Below are positions 1 through 9,478 of a stretch of 64,000 nucleotides of DNA, in pieces (within the stretch, counting starts at the first letter, position 1; each line of letters starts with the position of its first letter). Origin of the DNA: Chloroflexota bacterium. Its GTDB lineage: Bacteria > Chloroflexota > Limnocylindria > P2-11E. Location: the NCBI GenBank assembly GCA_021787445.1, contig JAJYLV010000003.1, forward strand, positions 20,437 to 84,436, in the 5' to 3' direction. The notes under the pieces were generated by a model, which saw only the letters and a program-made list of their open reading frames with translations, was not told the origin of the DNA and searched no databases. A program made the translations under genes and the position numbers.

Positions 1-26
1 CCCTCGACCTGCTCCTGTCGTTCCCG

Positions 27-890
27 TTGCGCCCCTCCGATCACGTCACCGTCCTCGCCGTACCCGTGCACACGTACACCGGCGTCGGCATCGACGGCAC
101 CGGTGTGTATTTCGCGGAGATCGCCCAGGAGGAGACGGCCGCCGCGCGGCGGCTCGCGCAGACGATCCGGGAGAAGATCGGCGCGAAGGGTGTCCCGACC
201 ACGGCGCGCATCGACGAAGGCCTCGTCGCGCAGACCATCATCGACGTGGCGCGCTCCGAGGGCGCGGGCGTGATCGTCATGGGCTCGCGCGGTCTCGGGC
301 GGCTCGCCGCGGCGGTGCTCGGGAGCACCGCGCGAGCGGTGTCGCGCCACTCCCCCATCCCCGTCCTCGTCGCCCGCGACCGGCGGGAGGCTCCGCGCCG
401 GATCCTCGTCGCGGCGGACGGGTCCGACGACGCCTACGTCGCGATCCGCACGCTCGCGGCGCTGCCCCTTCCGACGCGTCCCGAGGTCACGCTGCTCCAC
501 GTCCTCCCGGAGCGTGCCGCGCCGGCTACGCACGGCGCGGCCTCGCCGGAGGAGCTGCAGGCGACGGTCGAGCGCTGCGACCGCGAGGACGCGCTCGACA
601 TCCTCTCGCGCGCCGGCAAGCTCCTCCCCGGGGGCGCGTCGGTGCGGATGGAGCTCGAGCGCGGGCGTCCATCGGAGAGGATCCTCGAGGTGGCGGCGGG
701 CAGCGGTACGGATCTCATCGTCGTCGGCGCGCGCGGCCGCTCGCTCCGCGGCGAAGGGTTCCTCCAGGGGAGCACGACGGACGAGCTGCTGGAGAAGGCG
801 CACTGCGCCGTGCTCGTGGCGCGCGCGCCCGAGCGGATGAGCGCGAAGCCGAAGCCGCGGCACGAAGGGGTGCCCGCCGGGGCGGTGTGA
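27..890 (+). CDS. Universal stress protein, tandem UspA domains
   Basis: 287 aa with two UspA-like halves; motifs VIVMGSRGLGRL...GSTARAV and LIVVGARGRSLRGEGFLQGSTTDELL typical of USP ATP-binding loop. Stop overlaps the next start (GTGA). Confidence 0.8.
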   Translation: MRPSDHVTVLAVPVHTYTGVGIDGTGVYFAEIAQEETAAARRLAQTIREKIGAKGVPTTARIDEGLVAQTIIDVARSEGAGVIVMGSRGLGRLAAAVLGSTARAVSRHSPIPVLVARDRREAPRRILVAADGSDDAYVAIRTLAALPLPTRPEVTLLHVLPERAAPATHGAASPEELQATVERCDREDALDILSRAGKLLPGGASVRMELERGRPSERILEVAAGSGTDLIVVGARGRSLRGEGFLQGSTTDELLEKAHCAVLVARAPERMSAKPKPRHEGVPAGAV

Positions 891-3397
891 CGGCGGCCGA
901 CCTCGACCGGCTGAGCGTCGGCGAGCTGCTCGCCGCGCTCGCGACCGACGAGGGCGGGCTGACCGCCGCGGAGGCGTCGAGCCGCCTCCGCCGCGTGGGC
1001 CCCAACGAGCCGATCGCGCGCCGCACGTCGCAGCTCGCGTGCCGCATGGTCGGCTTCGCGGCGAGTCCTCTCGTCCTCATCCTCCTCGCCGCGTGCGCCG
1101 TATCCGCGGCGCTCGGCGACGTCGCGAACGCGACGATCATCGCCACGATGGTCGTGCTCAGCGGCGCGCTCACCATGGTGCAGACGTACCGGTCGGAGCG
1201 CGCCGCGGAGGAGCTTCGCGGTCTGGTGGCTCCGACGGCCACCGTGCTGCGGGACCGCGCGTGGTCGGAGGTCCCGCAGCGCGGGGTCGTGCCGGGCGAC
1301 GTCATCCGCCTCGGCGCCGGCGACCTGGTCCCCGCCGACGCGCGGATCCTCCAGGAGCGGGAGCTGCACGTGCAGCAGGCCGCACTCACGGGCGAATCGC
1401 TCCCGGTCGAGAAGGAGGCCCGGCCCGGCGCACCCCCGGACGTGGCCGTCACGGACCGCGAGGACATGGTGTTCATCGGCACCTCCGTCCTCAGCGGCAC
1501 GGCGACGGCCGTCGTCGTGCACACCGGACGGGAGACCATCTTCGGCGGCGTGTCGCGTCAGCTCGCCACCCGCCCGCCGGACACGGAGTTCGAGCGCGGC
1601 GCCCGGCTCTTCGGGCTCCTCATCATGCGGACGGTCTTCTTCCTGGTCCTCTTCGTCGTGCTCGTCGGGATCGTCGCTCGCCGTGACCCCTTCGAGTCGC
1701 TCCTCTTCGGCATCGCGCTCGCGGTCGGGCTCACACCGGAGTTCCTGCCGATGATCACGACGGTCACCCTCGGCGCCGGGGCGCTCCGCATGGCGCGGAG
1801 CGGGGTCATCGTCAAGGACCTGTCCGCGATCGAGAACTTCGGGAGCATGGACGTCCTCTGCAGCGACAAGACGAACACGCTCACGACGGGCGAGATGCGC
1901 GTGGATCGATCGCTCGGCCCGTTCGGCGAGGCGCGCGACGATGCGCTCCGGCTCGCGGCGCTCAACAGCGCGTTCCAGACGGGCGTGCACAGCCCCCTCG
2001 ACGCGGCGATCCTCGCGCGCACGACCCCGGAGGCCGGCTGGACGAAGGTGGACGAGGTGCCGTTCGACTTCGTGCGGCGGCGTCTCTCCGTCGTCGTCGA
2101 GCACGGCGGACGGCGCCTCCTCGTGACGAAGGGCGCTCCCGAGAGCGTGCTCGACGCGTGCGGCTCGCTGGGCGGAGGAGGGGCCCCGCTCGGCGCGCCC
2201 GACCGGGCGCGCGCGCTGGCGGTGTTCGACGAGCTGAGCGGCGAGGGCTCCCGCGTGCTCGCCGTCGCGGCCAGGCCGGTACCCGTGCAGGCGCGCTACG
2301 GGCCGGAGGACGAGACGGCGCTGTCGCTCGCGGGCTTCGTCGCGTTCCTCGATCCGCCCCTCGAGGGGGTGGGGTCGGTGCTCGAGTCCCTCCGCCGCGA
2401 CGGGATCGAGTTCAAGGTCCTGACGGGCGACAGCGACGCCGTCGCCCGGCACGTCTGCGCGGCGATCGGGATGGACACCGGCGAGATCGTCCTCGGCGGC
2501 GATCTCGCGCGCGTGAGCGACGCCGCGCTCGGGGTGCTAGCGGAGCGCACGACGGTCTTCGCACGCGTCTCCCCCGAGCAGAAGAGCCGCATCCTCCTCG
2601 CGCTCAAGCGGCGCGGGCACGTCGTCGGCTACCTCGGCGACGGCGTGAACGACGCGCCGTCGCTCCACATCGCCGACGTCGGCGTCTCGGTGACCGACGG
2701 CGTCGACGTCGCGCGTGACGCGGCCTCGGTGATCCTCCGCGAAGGCCGGCTCGACGTGCTCCACGAGGGCGTGGTCGATGGACGCAAAGCGTTCGGCAAC
2801 GTCGTCAAGTACCTGCTAATGGGGACGAGCTCGAACTTCGGGAACATGCTCAGCATGGCGGCGGCCTCGGTGTTCCTGCCGTTCCTGCCGATGCTCCCGC
2901 GCCAGATCCTCCTCAACAACTTCCTCTACGACCTCGCGCAGATCACCATCCCGACGGACAACGTCGACGCGACGTTCACGCGGAAGCCGCGCCGCTGGGA
3001 CATCGGAATGATCCAGCGCTTCATGATCCTCATCGGGCCGATCAGCTCCGCGTACGACCTGCTCACCTTCGTCGTCCTGCTCGCTCTTCTCCACGCCTCG
3101 CCGCCCCTCTTCCAGACGGGCTGGTTCGTCGAGTCGCTCGCGACGCAGGTGTGCGTGATCTTCGTCATCCGCACGGCGGGCGATCCATGGCGCAGCCGCC
3201 CCAGCCTCCCCCTCGCCCTGAGCACGCTCGTCGTCGTAGCGGCAGCGCTCCTCCTGCCGTTCACGCCGGTCGCGCCCGTCCTCGGCTTCGTCGCGCTGCC
3301 CGCGGCCTATTTCGCGTTCCTCGCGGCCGCGGCGCTCGCCTACCTCGGTATGGTCGAGGTCGTGAAGCGGCGGGTCATGGGAGCGCTCATCGCCTGA
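887..3397 (+). CDS. Mg2+/cation-transporting P-type ATPase (MgtA-like, type III)
   Basis: 836 aa. Motifs TGES (LTGESLPVEKE), PADARIL and GDGVNDAPSL, with 10-TM topology. The phosphorylation motif reads DKTNTLT rather than DKTGTLT. Confidence 0.8.
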   Translation: MTAADLDRLSVGELLAALATDEGGLTAAEASSRLRRVGPNEPIARRTSQLACRMVGFAASPLVLILLAACAVSAALGDVANATIIATMVVLSGALTMVQTYRSERAAEELRGLVAPTATVLRDRAWSEVPQRGVVPGDVIRLGAGDLVPADARILQERELHVQQAALTGESLPVEKEARPGAPPDVAVTDREDMVFIGTSVLSGTATAVVVHTGRETIFGGVSRQLATRPPDTEFERGARLFGLLIMRTVFFLVLFVVLVGIVARRDPFESLLFGIALAVGLTPEFLPMITTVTLGAGALRMARSGVIVKDLSAIENFGSMDVLCSDKTNTLTTGEMRVDRSLGPFGEARDDALRLAALNSAFQTGVHSPLDAAILARTTPEAGWTKVDEVPFDFVRRRLSVVVEHGGRRLLVTKGAPESVLDACGSLGGGGAPLGAPDRARALAVFDELSGEGSRVLAVAARPVPVQARYGPEDETALSLAGFVAFLDPPLEGVGSVLESLRRDGIEFKVLTGDSDAVARHVCAAIGMDTGEIVLGGDLARVSDAALGVLAERTTVFARVSPEQKSRILLALKRRGHVVGYLGDGVNDAPSLHIADVGVSVTDGVDVARDAASVILREGRLDVLHEGVVDGRKAFGNVVKYLLMGTSSNFGNMLSMAAASVFLPFLPMLPRQILLNNFLYDLAQITIPTDNVDATFTRKPRRWDIGMIQRFMILIGPISSAYDLLTFVVLLALLHASPPLFQTGWFVESLATQVCVIFVIRTAGDPWRSRPSLPLALSTLVVVAAALLLPFTPVAPVLGFVALPAAYFAFLAAAALAYLGMVEVVKRRVMGALIA

Positions 3398-3490
3398 CGG
3401 TCGACCGGCCCCACCCGCCTCGCCGGATCGTGCGCGGGGAGGGGACCTTCGGCCACGGTCGGAACGGGTGGCACGACGTACGGTCCGTCG

Positions 3491-5917
3491 ATGAGCATCA
3501 CGCTCACGGTCGCGTCGGCGGCCGCGGCCCTTCGGCCGGAGGACCTGCGCTCGCGCTGCGACCCGGCGACCCTCGGTATCCGCTCCACCGACGACGTCCC
3601 GCCGCTCGAGGGCGTGAGGGGTCAGCAGCGCGCGATCGACGCTATCGAGCTCGGTCTCCATATCGAGGATCCGGACCACAACGTGTACGTCGCGGGGCCC
3701 AGCGGGACGGGGCGCAACACGGCGGTCCTCGACCTGCTGCGCGCCGCGGCCGCAGCGCGGCCCGCCGCCTCGGACTGGTGCTACCTCCACAGCTTCGAGG
3801 ATCCGTATCGTCCGATCGCCGTCGAGCTGCCCGCCGGAAAGGGCCGCGAGCTCGCCGCCGACCTCGACGAGCTCGTCGTGCGCTGCCGCACGGACATCCC
3901 GAAGCTCTTCGACGGGGCCGAGTACGAGCGTCGCAAGACGGAGGGCCTGCGCACGGTCTCGGAGAAGCGCGACGGCCTCGTCGAGGATCTCAAGCGGCAG
4001 GCGAACGCGCTCGGCTTCGGGATCGAGCAGACGCCGATGGGCATCCTCACCATCCCGCTCCTCGACGGCAAGCCGATCGGGCCCGACGCGTTCGCTCTCC
4101 TCGGCGACGAGCGGAAGATGCGCATCGCTTCCGCGTCGGCGGAGCTGCGCGACAAGGTCGACGCCGCCGTGCGATCGCTGCGCCAGCTCGACCGCGAGGC
4201 GCACGAGGCCGTCCACGCGGTCGACCGAGACGTCGCGCTCTTCGCCGTCGGACACGTCATCGACGCGCTCCGGGCGAAGTACGAGAAGCAGCCGGCCATC
4301 GTGCGCCATCTCGACGCGATCCGCGAGGACATCGTCGAGCACGTCGACGAGTTCCGGCAGCCGGACGATGCCGACTCGCAGATCTTCGCCGGGCCACGCG
4401 CGTGGACGCGCTACGGCGCGAACGTGCTCGTCGCGAGCGACCCGAGCGACGGCGCTCCTGTCGTGTCCGAGCCCAACCCCACGCACGCGAACCTCGTCGG
4501 GCGCGTGGAGCATCGCGCGACGTTCGGTGGCATGCAGACCGACTTCCGCTACATCCGGCCGGGCGCGCTCCACCGCGCGAACGGCGGCTTCCTCGTGATC
4601 CAGGCTCGCGACCTGCTGACGAGCCCGTACTCGTACGAGGGGCTGAAGCGCGCCCTCCGGGACCGTGAGGTGCGCATCGAGGACCCGATCGACCAGCTCC
4701 TCGGCATCCCCACCGCGACGCTCAAGCCCGCACCCGTCCCGATCCGCGTGCGCGTGGTCCTCATCGGCGATCTCCTCACGTACTCGCTCCTCCGCAGGTT
4801 CGACGAAGAGTTCACGAAGCTCTTCAAGATCAAGGCCGAGTTCACCCCGTTCATGGAGCGGACGCCCGACGGCGTCCGAACCTATGCGGCGTTCGTCGCG
4901 AAGACGGTGAAGGAGCGCGGCCTCGTCGCGTTCTCGGCCGCCGCGGTCGCGCGGATCGTCGAGGAGGGCTCGCGGCTGGTCTCGCACCGCTCGCGCCTGG
5001 CGGCACGCTTCAGCCAGATCGAGGACATCGTCGTCGAGGCGGCCGTCGTCGCGAAGCGCGCCGGCGCGGCGATCGTCCGCGCCGAGGACGTGGGCGCGGC
5101 CATCGCGGCGCGGCGCCACCGCAGCGACCTGCTCGAGCAGGAGCTCGAGAGGATGATCGAGGAAGGCACGCTCCACGTCGAGACGGCCTCGGCCGTCCCG
5201 GGCCAGGTGAACGGCCTCGCGGTGTTCGACCTCGTCGACTACGCGTTCGCGCGGCCGTCGCGCATCACCGCACGCACGGGTCCCGGCCTGGACGGCGTCG
5301 TCGACATCGAACGCGAGGTCGAGCTGTCCGGCCCCACCCACAGCAAGGGGGTGCTCATCCTCGCCGGCTACATCCTCGGCAAGTACGGCGGCTCGCAGCC
5401 GCTCGCGCTCTCCGCGCGCCTCGCCTTCGAGCAGAGCTACGCGGGCGTCGAGGGGGACAGCGCCTCGAGCGCCGAGCTGTACGCGATCCTCTCGAGCCTC
5501 GCCGACGCGCCGGTCCGTCAGGGCATCGCCGTGACGGGATCGGTCGACCAGCGCGGGGTGATCCAGGCCATCGGAGGCGTCAACGAGAAGGTCGAGGGGC
5601 ATTTCGCGGTGTGCAAGGCGGCGGGGCTCAGCGGCGACCAGGGCGTCATCATCCCGCGCGCGAACGTGCGCCACCTCATGCTCGACGACGAGGTCGTCGC
5701 CGCCGTCGGCGCGGGCCGATTCAACGTCTGGGCGATCGACGACGTCGACGAGGGGATCGAGCTCCTGACCGGCGTGCCGGCGGGCGCGATGGGGACGGAT
5801 GGCGCGTATCCCGCCGGCACCATCCACGCGCGCGTGCACGCGCGCCTCGAGGAGTACGCGACGCGGCTCGCTGAGCACGCGCGCTCGGCGCTGCGCGCGG
5901 AGGCGTCAGCTCGCTAG
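3491..5917 (+). CDS. Lon-like ATP-dependent protease (LonC-like: AAA-like N-domain + S16 protease domain)
   Basis: 808 aa. N-terminal P-loop-like GPSGTGRNT (K replaced by R). C-terminal Lon S16 domain with SKGVLILAGYILG and GDSASSAELYAILSSL (catalytic Ser) and a downstream Lys (KVEGHFAVCKAAG). Confidence 0.75.
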   Translation: MSITLTVASAAAALRPEDLRSRCDPATLGIRSTDDVPPLEGVRGQQRAIDAIELGLHIEDPDHNVYVAGPSGTGRNTAVLDLLRAAAAARPAASDWCYLHSFEDPYRPIAVELPAGKGRELAADLDELVVRCRTDIPKLFDGAEYERRKTEGLRTVSEKRDGLVEDLKRQANALGFGIEQTPMGILTIPLLDGKPIGPDAFALLGDERKMRIASASAELRDKVDAAVRSLRQLDREAHEAVHAVDRDVALFAVGHVIDALRAKYEKQPAIVRHLDAIREDIVEHVDEFRQPDDADSQIFAGPRAWTRYGANVLVASDPSDGAPVVSEPNPTHANLVGRVEHRATFGGMQTDFRYIRPGALHRANGGFLVIQARDLLTSPYSYEGLKRALRDREVRIEDPIDQLLGIPTATLKPAPVPIRVRVVLIGDLLTYSLLRRFDEEFTKLFKIKAEFTPFMERTPDGVRTYAAFVAKTVKERGLVAFSAAAVARIVEEGSRLVSHRSRLAARFSQIEDIVVEAAVVAKRAGAAIVRAEDVGAAIAARRHRSDLLEQELERMIEEGTLHVETASAVPGQVNGLAVFDLVDYAFARPSRITARTGPGLDGVVDIEREVELSGPTHSKGVLILAGYILGKYGGSQPLALSARLAFEQSYAGVEGDSASSAELYAILSSLADAPVRQGIAVTGSVDQRGVIQAIGGVNEKVEGHFAVCKAAGLSGDQGVIIPRANVRHLMLDDEVVAAVGAGRFNVWAIDDVDEGIELLTGVPAGAMGTDGAYPAGTIHARVHARLEEYATRLAEHARSALRAEASAR

Positions 5918-5982
5918 CGGCTCCGCGACGGCACGGGCGCGGAGGTGCGCCGCGACCGGGTCGATGAGCGCGGTCGCACGCG

Positions 5983-7182
5983 CTAGCCGATCGCGAGCTG
6001 ATCGGCATCACCCACCGGCTCGAGGTGCGCGAGGACCTGCGCCACGTCGAGGTCGGCCGCGGCGACGACGCAGTCCGCAGCGCCGTAGTACACGCGCACG
6101 CGCGACCCTGTCGCGTCGAGCGGCACGTGACCGCAGACGAAGATGGTGTCCGCGTTCATGCCCTCGCGCTCGTAGGGCTCCTCGGGAAGGAGGATCGGCT
6201 CGGGAGAACGCCCGATGACGCGACGCGGATCCTCCCCGTCGAGGAGGATCGCGCCGATCGCGTAGCGCGAGTCCCGGTCCACGCCGTGGTAGAGCTCGAG
6301 CCACCCGCGCCGCGTCCGGAAGGGGACGCTGCCCGCGCCGGTCCGGATCGCGTCCCAGCCGTCGAGGCGCGGAAGGGCGAGCGGCCGGTGGCCGCCCCAC
6401 GAGACGAGGTCGGCCGAGAAGGCGATCCAGATGCCGAACACGCGCGCGAATGACTGCGGCATCGGCCGCGTGAGCGCGACGTAGCGGCCGCCGACGCGCT
6501 CGGGGAACAGCACGACGTCCTTCTGGTCGGGATGCATGACCACGCCGCGCCGCTCGAAGGTCACGAAGTCGCGCGTCGTCGCGAGGCTCGTCGTGATGCC
6601 GAGCCTGCTCACCGAGACGTACGTCACGTGCCACTCGCCGTCGATGCACGTCACGCGCGGGTCCTCGATGCCGTACTCCTCGAGCGCGTGCGACGGCGTG
6701 AGCGCGGGTGTGCGCTCGACCGAAAAGTGGATGCCGTCGCCGCTGCGCGCGACGCGGAGGTGCGACATCTGCGAGAGGTAGTCCTCGGTGCCGTTGAACG
6801 CGGCGCCGCTCCTGAAGCGGATGGTCCGCGGATCGCTGAGGTCGAGGCCGGGCGTGTCGCGCCGCACGTACGCCACGGCGACGCGCGGCGGACGTGCGGC
6901 GACGTCGAGGAACGTCATCCCGACGACGTCATCGGCTCGCAGCTCCGGCGGGAGCGGCCGTGTCGAAAGGCGCGGGCCGCCCAGCTCGAGCATGACGGCG
7001 CCCGGCGGGGGCCCGACGTCGGAGCGCGGCCGCTCTCCGACGCGCAGGAGGAGGACGGTCTCGTCGCCGACGCGAGCCGCGGCGGGATTGAAGACCGAGA
7101 CGACCTCGAGCTCCGGGAGCGAGGGGGCCACGTCGGCGGACCGGAGCAGGGGGCCGTCGCCGACGCGCGTCGCCAGCCTCAC
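5983..7182 (-). CDS. Glycoside hydrolase family 130 (beta-mannoside phosphorylase/hydrolase-like)
   Basis: SVFNPAAARVGDETVLLLRV, ...WLELYHGVDRDSRYAIGAILLD... and VRVYYGAADCVVAAADL, typical of GH130/DUF377 five-bladed propeller. GTG start at 7182 is coupled (GTGA) to the upstream GT4 stop; the track ORF extends to 7302. Confidence 0.7.
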   Translation of the reverse strand: MRLATRVGDGPLLRSADVAPSLPELEVVSVFNPAAARVGDETVLLLRVGERPRSDVGPPPGAVMLELGGPRLSTRPLPPELRADDVVGMTFLDVAARPPRVAVAYVRRDTPGLDLSDPRTIRFRSGAAFNGTEDYLSQMSHLRVARSGDGIHFSVERTPALTPSHALEEYGIEDPRVTCIDGEWHVTYVSVSRLGITTSLATTRDFVTFERRGVVMHPDQKDVVLFPERVGGRYVALTRPMPQSFARVFGIWIAFSADLVSWGGHRPLALPRLDGWDAIRTGAGSVPFRTRRGWLELYHGVDRDSRYAIGAILLDGEDPRRVIGRSPEPILLPEEPYEREGMNADTIFVCGHVPLDATGSRVRVYYGAADCVVAAADLDVAQVLAHLEPVGDADQLAIG

Positions 7183-8345
7183 GCCGGAGCCAGCGCGGGC
7201 GCCGCGGCCGAGCGAAGGAGGTCGAGCACGAGCCCGCCGACGATCGGCCACGCCGTGCCGGCGCTGTACGCCGCCACGGCGCGTCCCATGCGCCGGCGCC
7301 ACTGGTCGTCGGCCAGGAGCGCGCCCGCCGCGTCGGCGATGGCGTCCGAGCTGCGGAACGGGACGAGGATGCCGCGCCCGTCCGCGAGCGCCTCGCGCGC
7401 GTGCAGATACGGCGTCGAGACGATCGCTCTCCCCGCGCCCATGGCGTAGGCGAGCGTTCCGCTCGTGATCTGGTCAGGGTCGAGATACGGCGTCACGTAC
7501 ACGTCGGTCGCGGCGAGGTGGTCGACGATCTCGCGCTGCGTCAGGTAGCGATCGACGAACCGTACGTGCTCCGCGAGGTCGAGGCGCTCGACGAGCTCGC
7601 GCAGCCGCTCGCGATACCACTCGCCCTCGCGGCGGACGACGTCGGGGTGGGTCTGGCCGACGATGAGGTAGAGCGCTTCGGGGTAGCGCGCGGCGATGCG
7701 TGGCAGTGCGGCCACGGCGTACTCGAGCCCCTTGCGGCGGTCGACCAGCCCGAAGGTGCAAAGCACCGTCCGCCCGCCGAGCCCGAGCTCCTCCTTCGAT
7801 CGCGGCCGCCCGCAGCTGCCGACCGCGGGCATGCCGTGGGGGATGACGCGGACCGGACGCGAGATCCCGTACACGCGGCGCAGCAGCTCGGCCGCGGTCT
7901 CGACCATCACGACCGTCTCCGTGCTGAGGGCGACGATCTCGCGAACGCTGGCCCGCATCCAGTCCTCCGGCCGTGCGAGGACGGTGTGGAGCGTCGTGAC
8001 GACCGGGCAGCGGAGCTCCTCGAGGAACGCCACGAGGTGGTCCTCGAAGACGCCGTCGCGGTGGACGCCGTACAGCCCGAATTCGTGCTGAACGTTGACG
8101 ACGTCCACGCCCGACGCGTTGATCGCCGCCGCTGCGTCGCGATAGGAGGTGACGTCGCCTTGCACGATGCGGCCGGTGACCACCGGGTCGTACGAGCGGT
8201 GGGCATCCGGCTCCTCGATCGCGATGACCGAGCATCGCACCGAGGGAGCGGCGGCGCGGACGGCGCCGAGAGTGTCGGCGGTGAACGTGGCGATGCCGCA
8301 GCGACGCGGCACGTAGCTTCCGACGAAGGTGACCTCCAGGGTCAG
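7179..8345 (-). CDS. Glycosyltransferase family 4 (group 1)
   Basis: N-terminus VTFVGSYVPRRCGIATFT; C-terminal GT4 core GLVDRRKGLEYAVAAL...EALYLIVGQTHPD...YVTPYLDPDQITSGTLAYAMGAGRAIVSTPY. The track ORF runs to 8750, but the first ~135 aa are Arg/Pro-rich and not GT-like, so the likely start is near 8340 (non-ATG). Confidence 0.7.
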   Translation of the reverse strand: MTLEVTFVGSYVPRRCGIATFTADTLGAVRAAAPSVRCSVIAIEEPDAHRSYDPVVTGRIVQGDVTSYRDAAAAINASGVDVVNVQHEFGLYGVHRDGVFEDHLVAFLEELRCPVVTTLHTVLARPEDWMRASVREIVALSTETVVMVETAAELLRRVYGISRPVRVIPHGMPAVGSCGRPRSKEELGLGGRTVLCTFGLVDRRKGLEYAVAALPRIAARYPEALYLIVGQTHPDVVRREGEWYRERLRELVERLDLAEHVRFVDRYLTQREIVDHLAATDVYVTPYLDPDQITSGTLAYAMGAGRAIVSTPYLHAREALADGRGILVPFRSSDAIADAAGALLADDQWRRRMGRAVAAYSAGTAWPIVGGLVLDLLRSAAAPALAPA

Positions 8346-8752
8346 CGGCCCCCGTCGTCCGGTCCAGAGAGCAGCTCGTCCGCGAAGTGGAGCCGCGTGA
8401 GCGCGTGAAGCTCGTAGAGCAGGTGGCGGATCTCCCGGCGCAGCGCCTTGTCGCTCCCCGTCGTGAGCGTCGAGCGCAGCTCCCCGAGCCGTGCCGTGAG
8501 GCGCTCGATCTCGCGGCGTCCCTCCGCCTCGCGGATGTGGCGGTGGTCGCGGGCGGCGAGACGCGTGCGGAGATCGTGCTCGGCCAGCGCGTGCGGAAGC
8601 AGTCGCTCGCGCAGGAGGACGTATGCGCGGTCGACCTCGCGACGCAGCACGGGCGTCGGGGCCCCCTCGGTCTTCTCGGCGACCGCATCGAAGAGCTCGA
8701 GCTGCCACGCGAGCTCCTTGTGCTCCGCGCACAGGTCGTCGCTGAGACATCT
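8342..8752 (-). CDS. Hypothetical protein, possibly hemerythrin-like HHE cation-binding domain
   Basis: C-terminal ~135 aa of ORF 8342..9142. Spaced His/Glu pattern (CAEHKELAWQLELFD; HALAEHDLRTRL; RDHRHIREAEGR; EIRHLLYELHALTRLHFADE). No clear ATG; start uncertain. Confidence 0.35.
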   Translation of the reverse strand, partial: RCLSDDLCAEHKELAWQLELFDAVAEKTEGAPTPVLRREVDRAYVLLRERLLPHALAEHDLRTRLAARDHRHIREAEGRREIERLTARLGELRSTLTTGSDKALRREIRHLLYELHALTRLHFADELLSGPDDGGR

Positions 8753-9478
8753 GCCCCGGCCGGGCACGGCGGGGGAGTGAGTCCTCTGTGCCCCCGTCGG
8801 CCGGCCCTCAGAGGAGGTCACGGCGCGGCGCCCCCCTGACGCACGACGCTCGATGAGGCTGTCGCGGGGCCACAGGATCGTCGCGACCGGATCCTCCGCC
8901 GGCCGGGAGCATGGCATGCCCTCGGTCGCGAGCAGCAGACCTTCATGGAGCACCTCCGACCGCGGCGCTTCATCCCGAGGCCGCGCACCGCCCCGCCCGT
9001 CCGGTCGAGCGTGGAGCGGCGCAGGCGCGCGTCCTAGGTCCGTCGGGCATCCAGGCCGCAGCCCTCCGTCGCGCCGCGCACATCGGCCCCGCGTCTGGCC
9101 CGGTCGCACCGGATCGAGCGAGGCGAGACGTTGGTCGTGCACCGAAAGAGCCGCTTCGCCCTGTCGGCGGCCGTGGCGCGACGGATACGGTGACGGCGCT
9201 CCCGAGGGGTCCGCAGAGAGACCGATCGAACGGAGATCCCATCAAAGCGATCGGTCTTGGGGACGGCATCAAGAACGACCCGACGTGGCGGCACGCAGGG
9301 TCGGTCCCACCGAACGGGATGGAACGGTCCAGACACCATCCCGAAAGCGGAAGCGGATCGCTCGGGGCTTCTTCATGCCCCGACCCCATAGGACCTCACC
9401 CCGCTGCGCGACCGACCCCCGACGACCATCCATACAGCCGTGACGCGGCGTTGGCGCGCCTCGTAGCGTCGCTCACGG

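Noticed and set aside
434-2452. 672-aa minus-strand ORF antisense to the USP/ATPase genes
   Set aside because: Arg/Ala/Pro-rich low-complexity translation typical of antisense frames in >70% GC DNA; the plus-strand genes have clear homology.
2816-5878. 1020-aa minus-strand ORF across the ATPase/Lon-like genes
   Set aside because: Same GC-artefact composition (runs of R, D, E, A), no motifs; opposite strand carries well-supported genes.
7179-8750. 523-aa version of the GT4 gene starting at ATG 8750
   Set aside because: First ~135 aa are Arg/Pro-rich without GT homology and would overlap the upstream hemerythrin-like ORF; GT4 homology begins at VTFVGSYVPRRCG near 8340.
9143-9478. 336-bp gene-free region; checked for tRNA/ncRNA
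   Set aside because: No T-loop (GTTCGAATC-like) or cloverleaf-compatible segments seen by eye; cannot confirm any RNA gene without covariance-model search.
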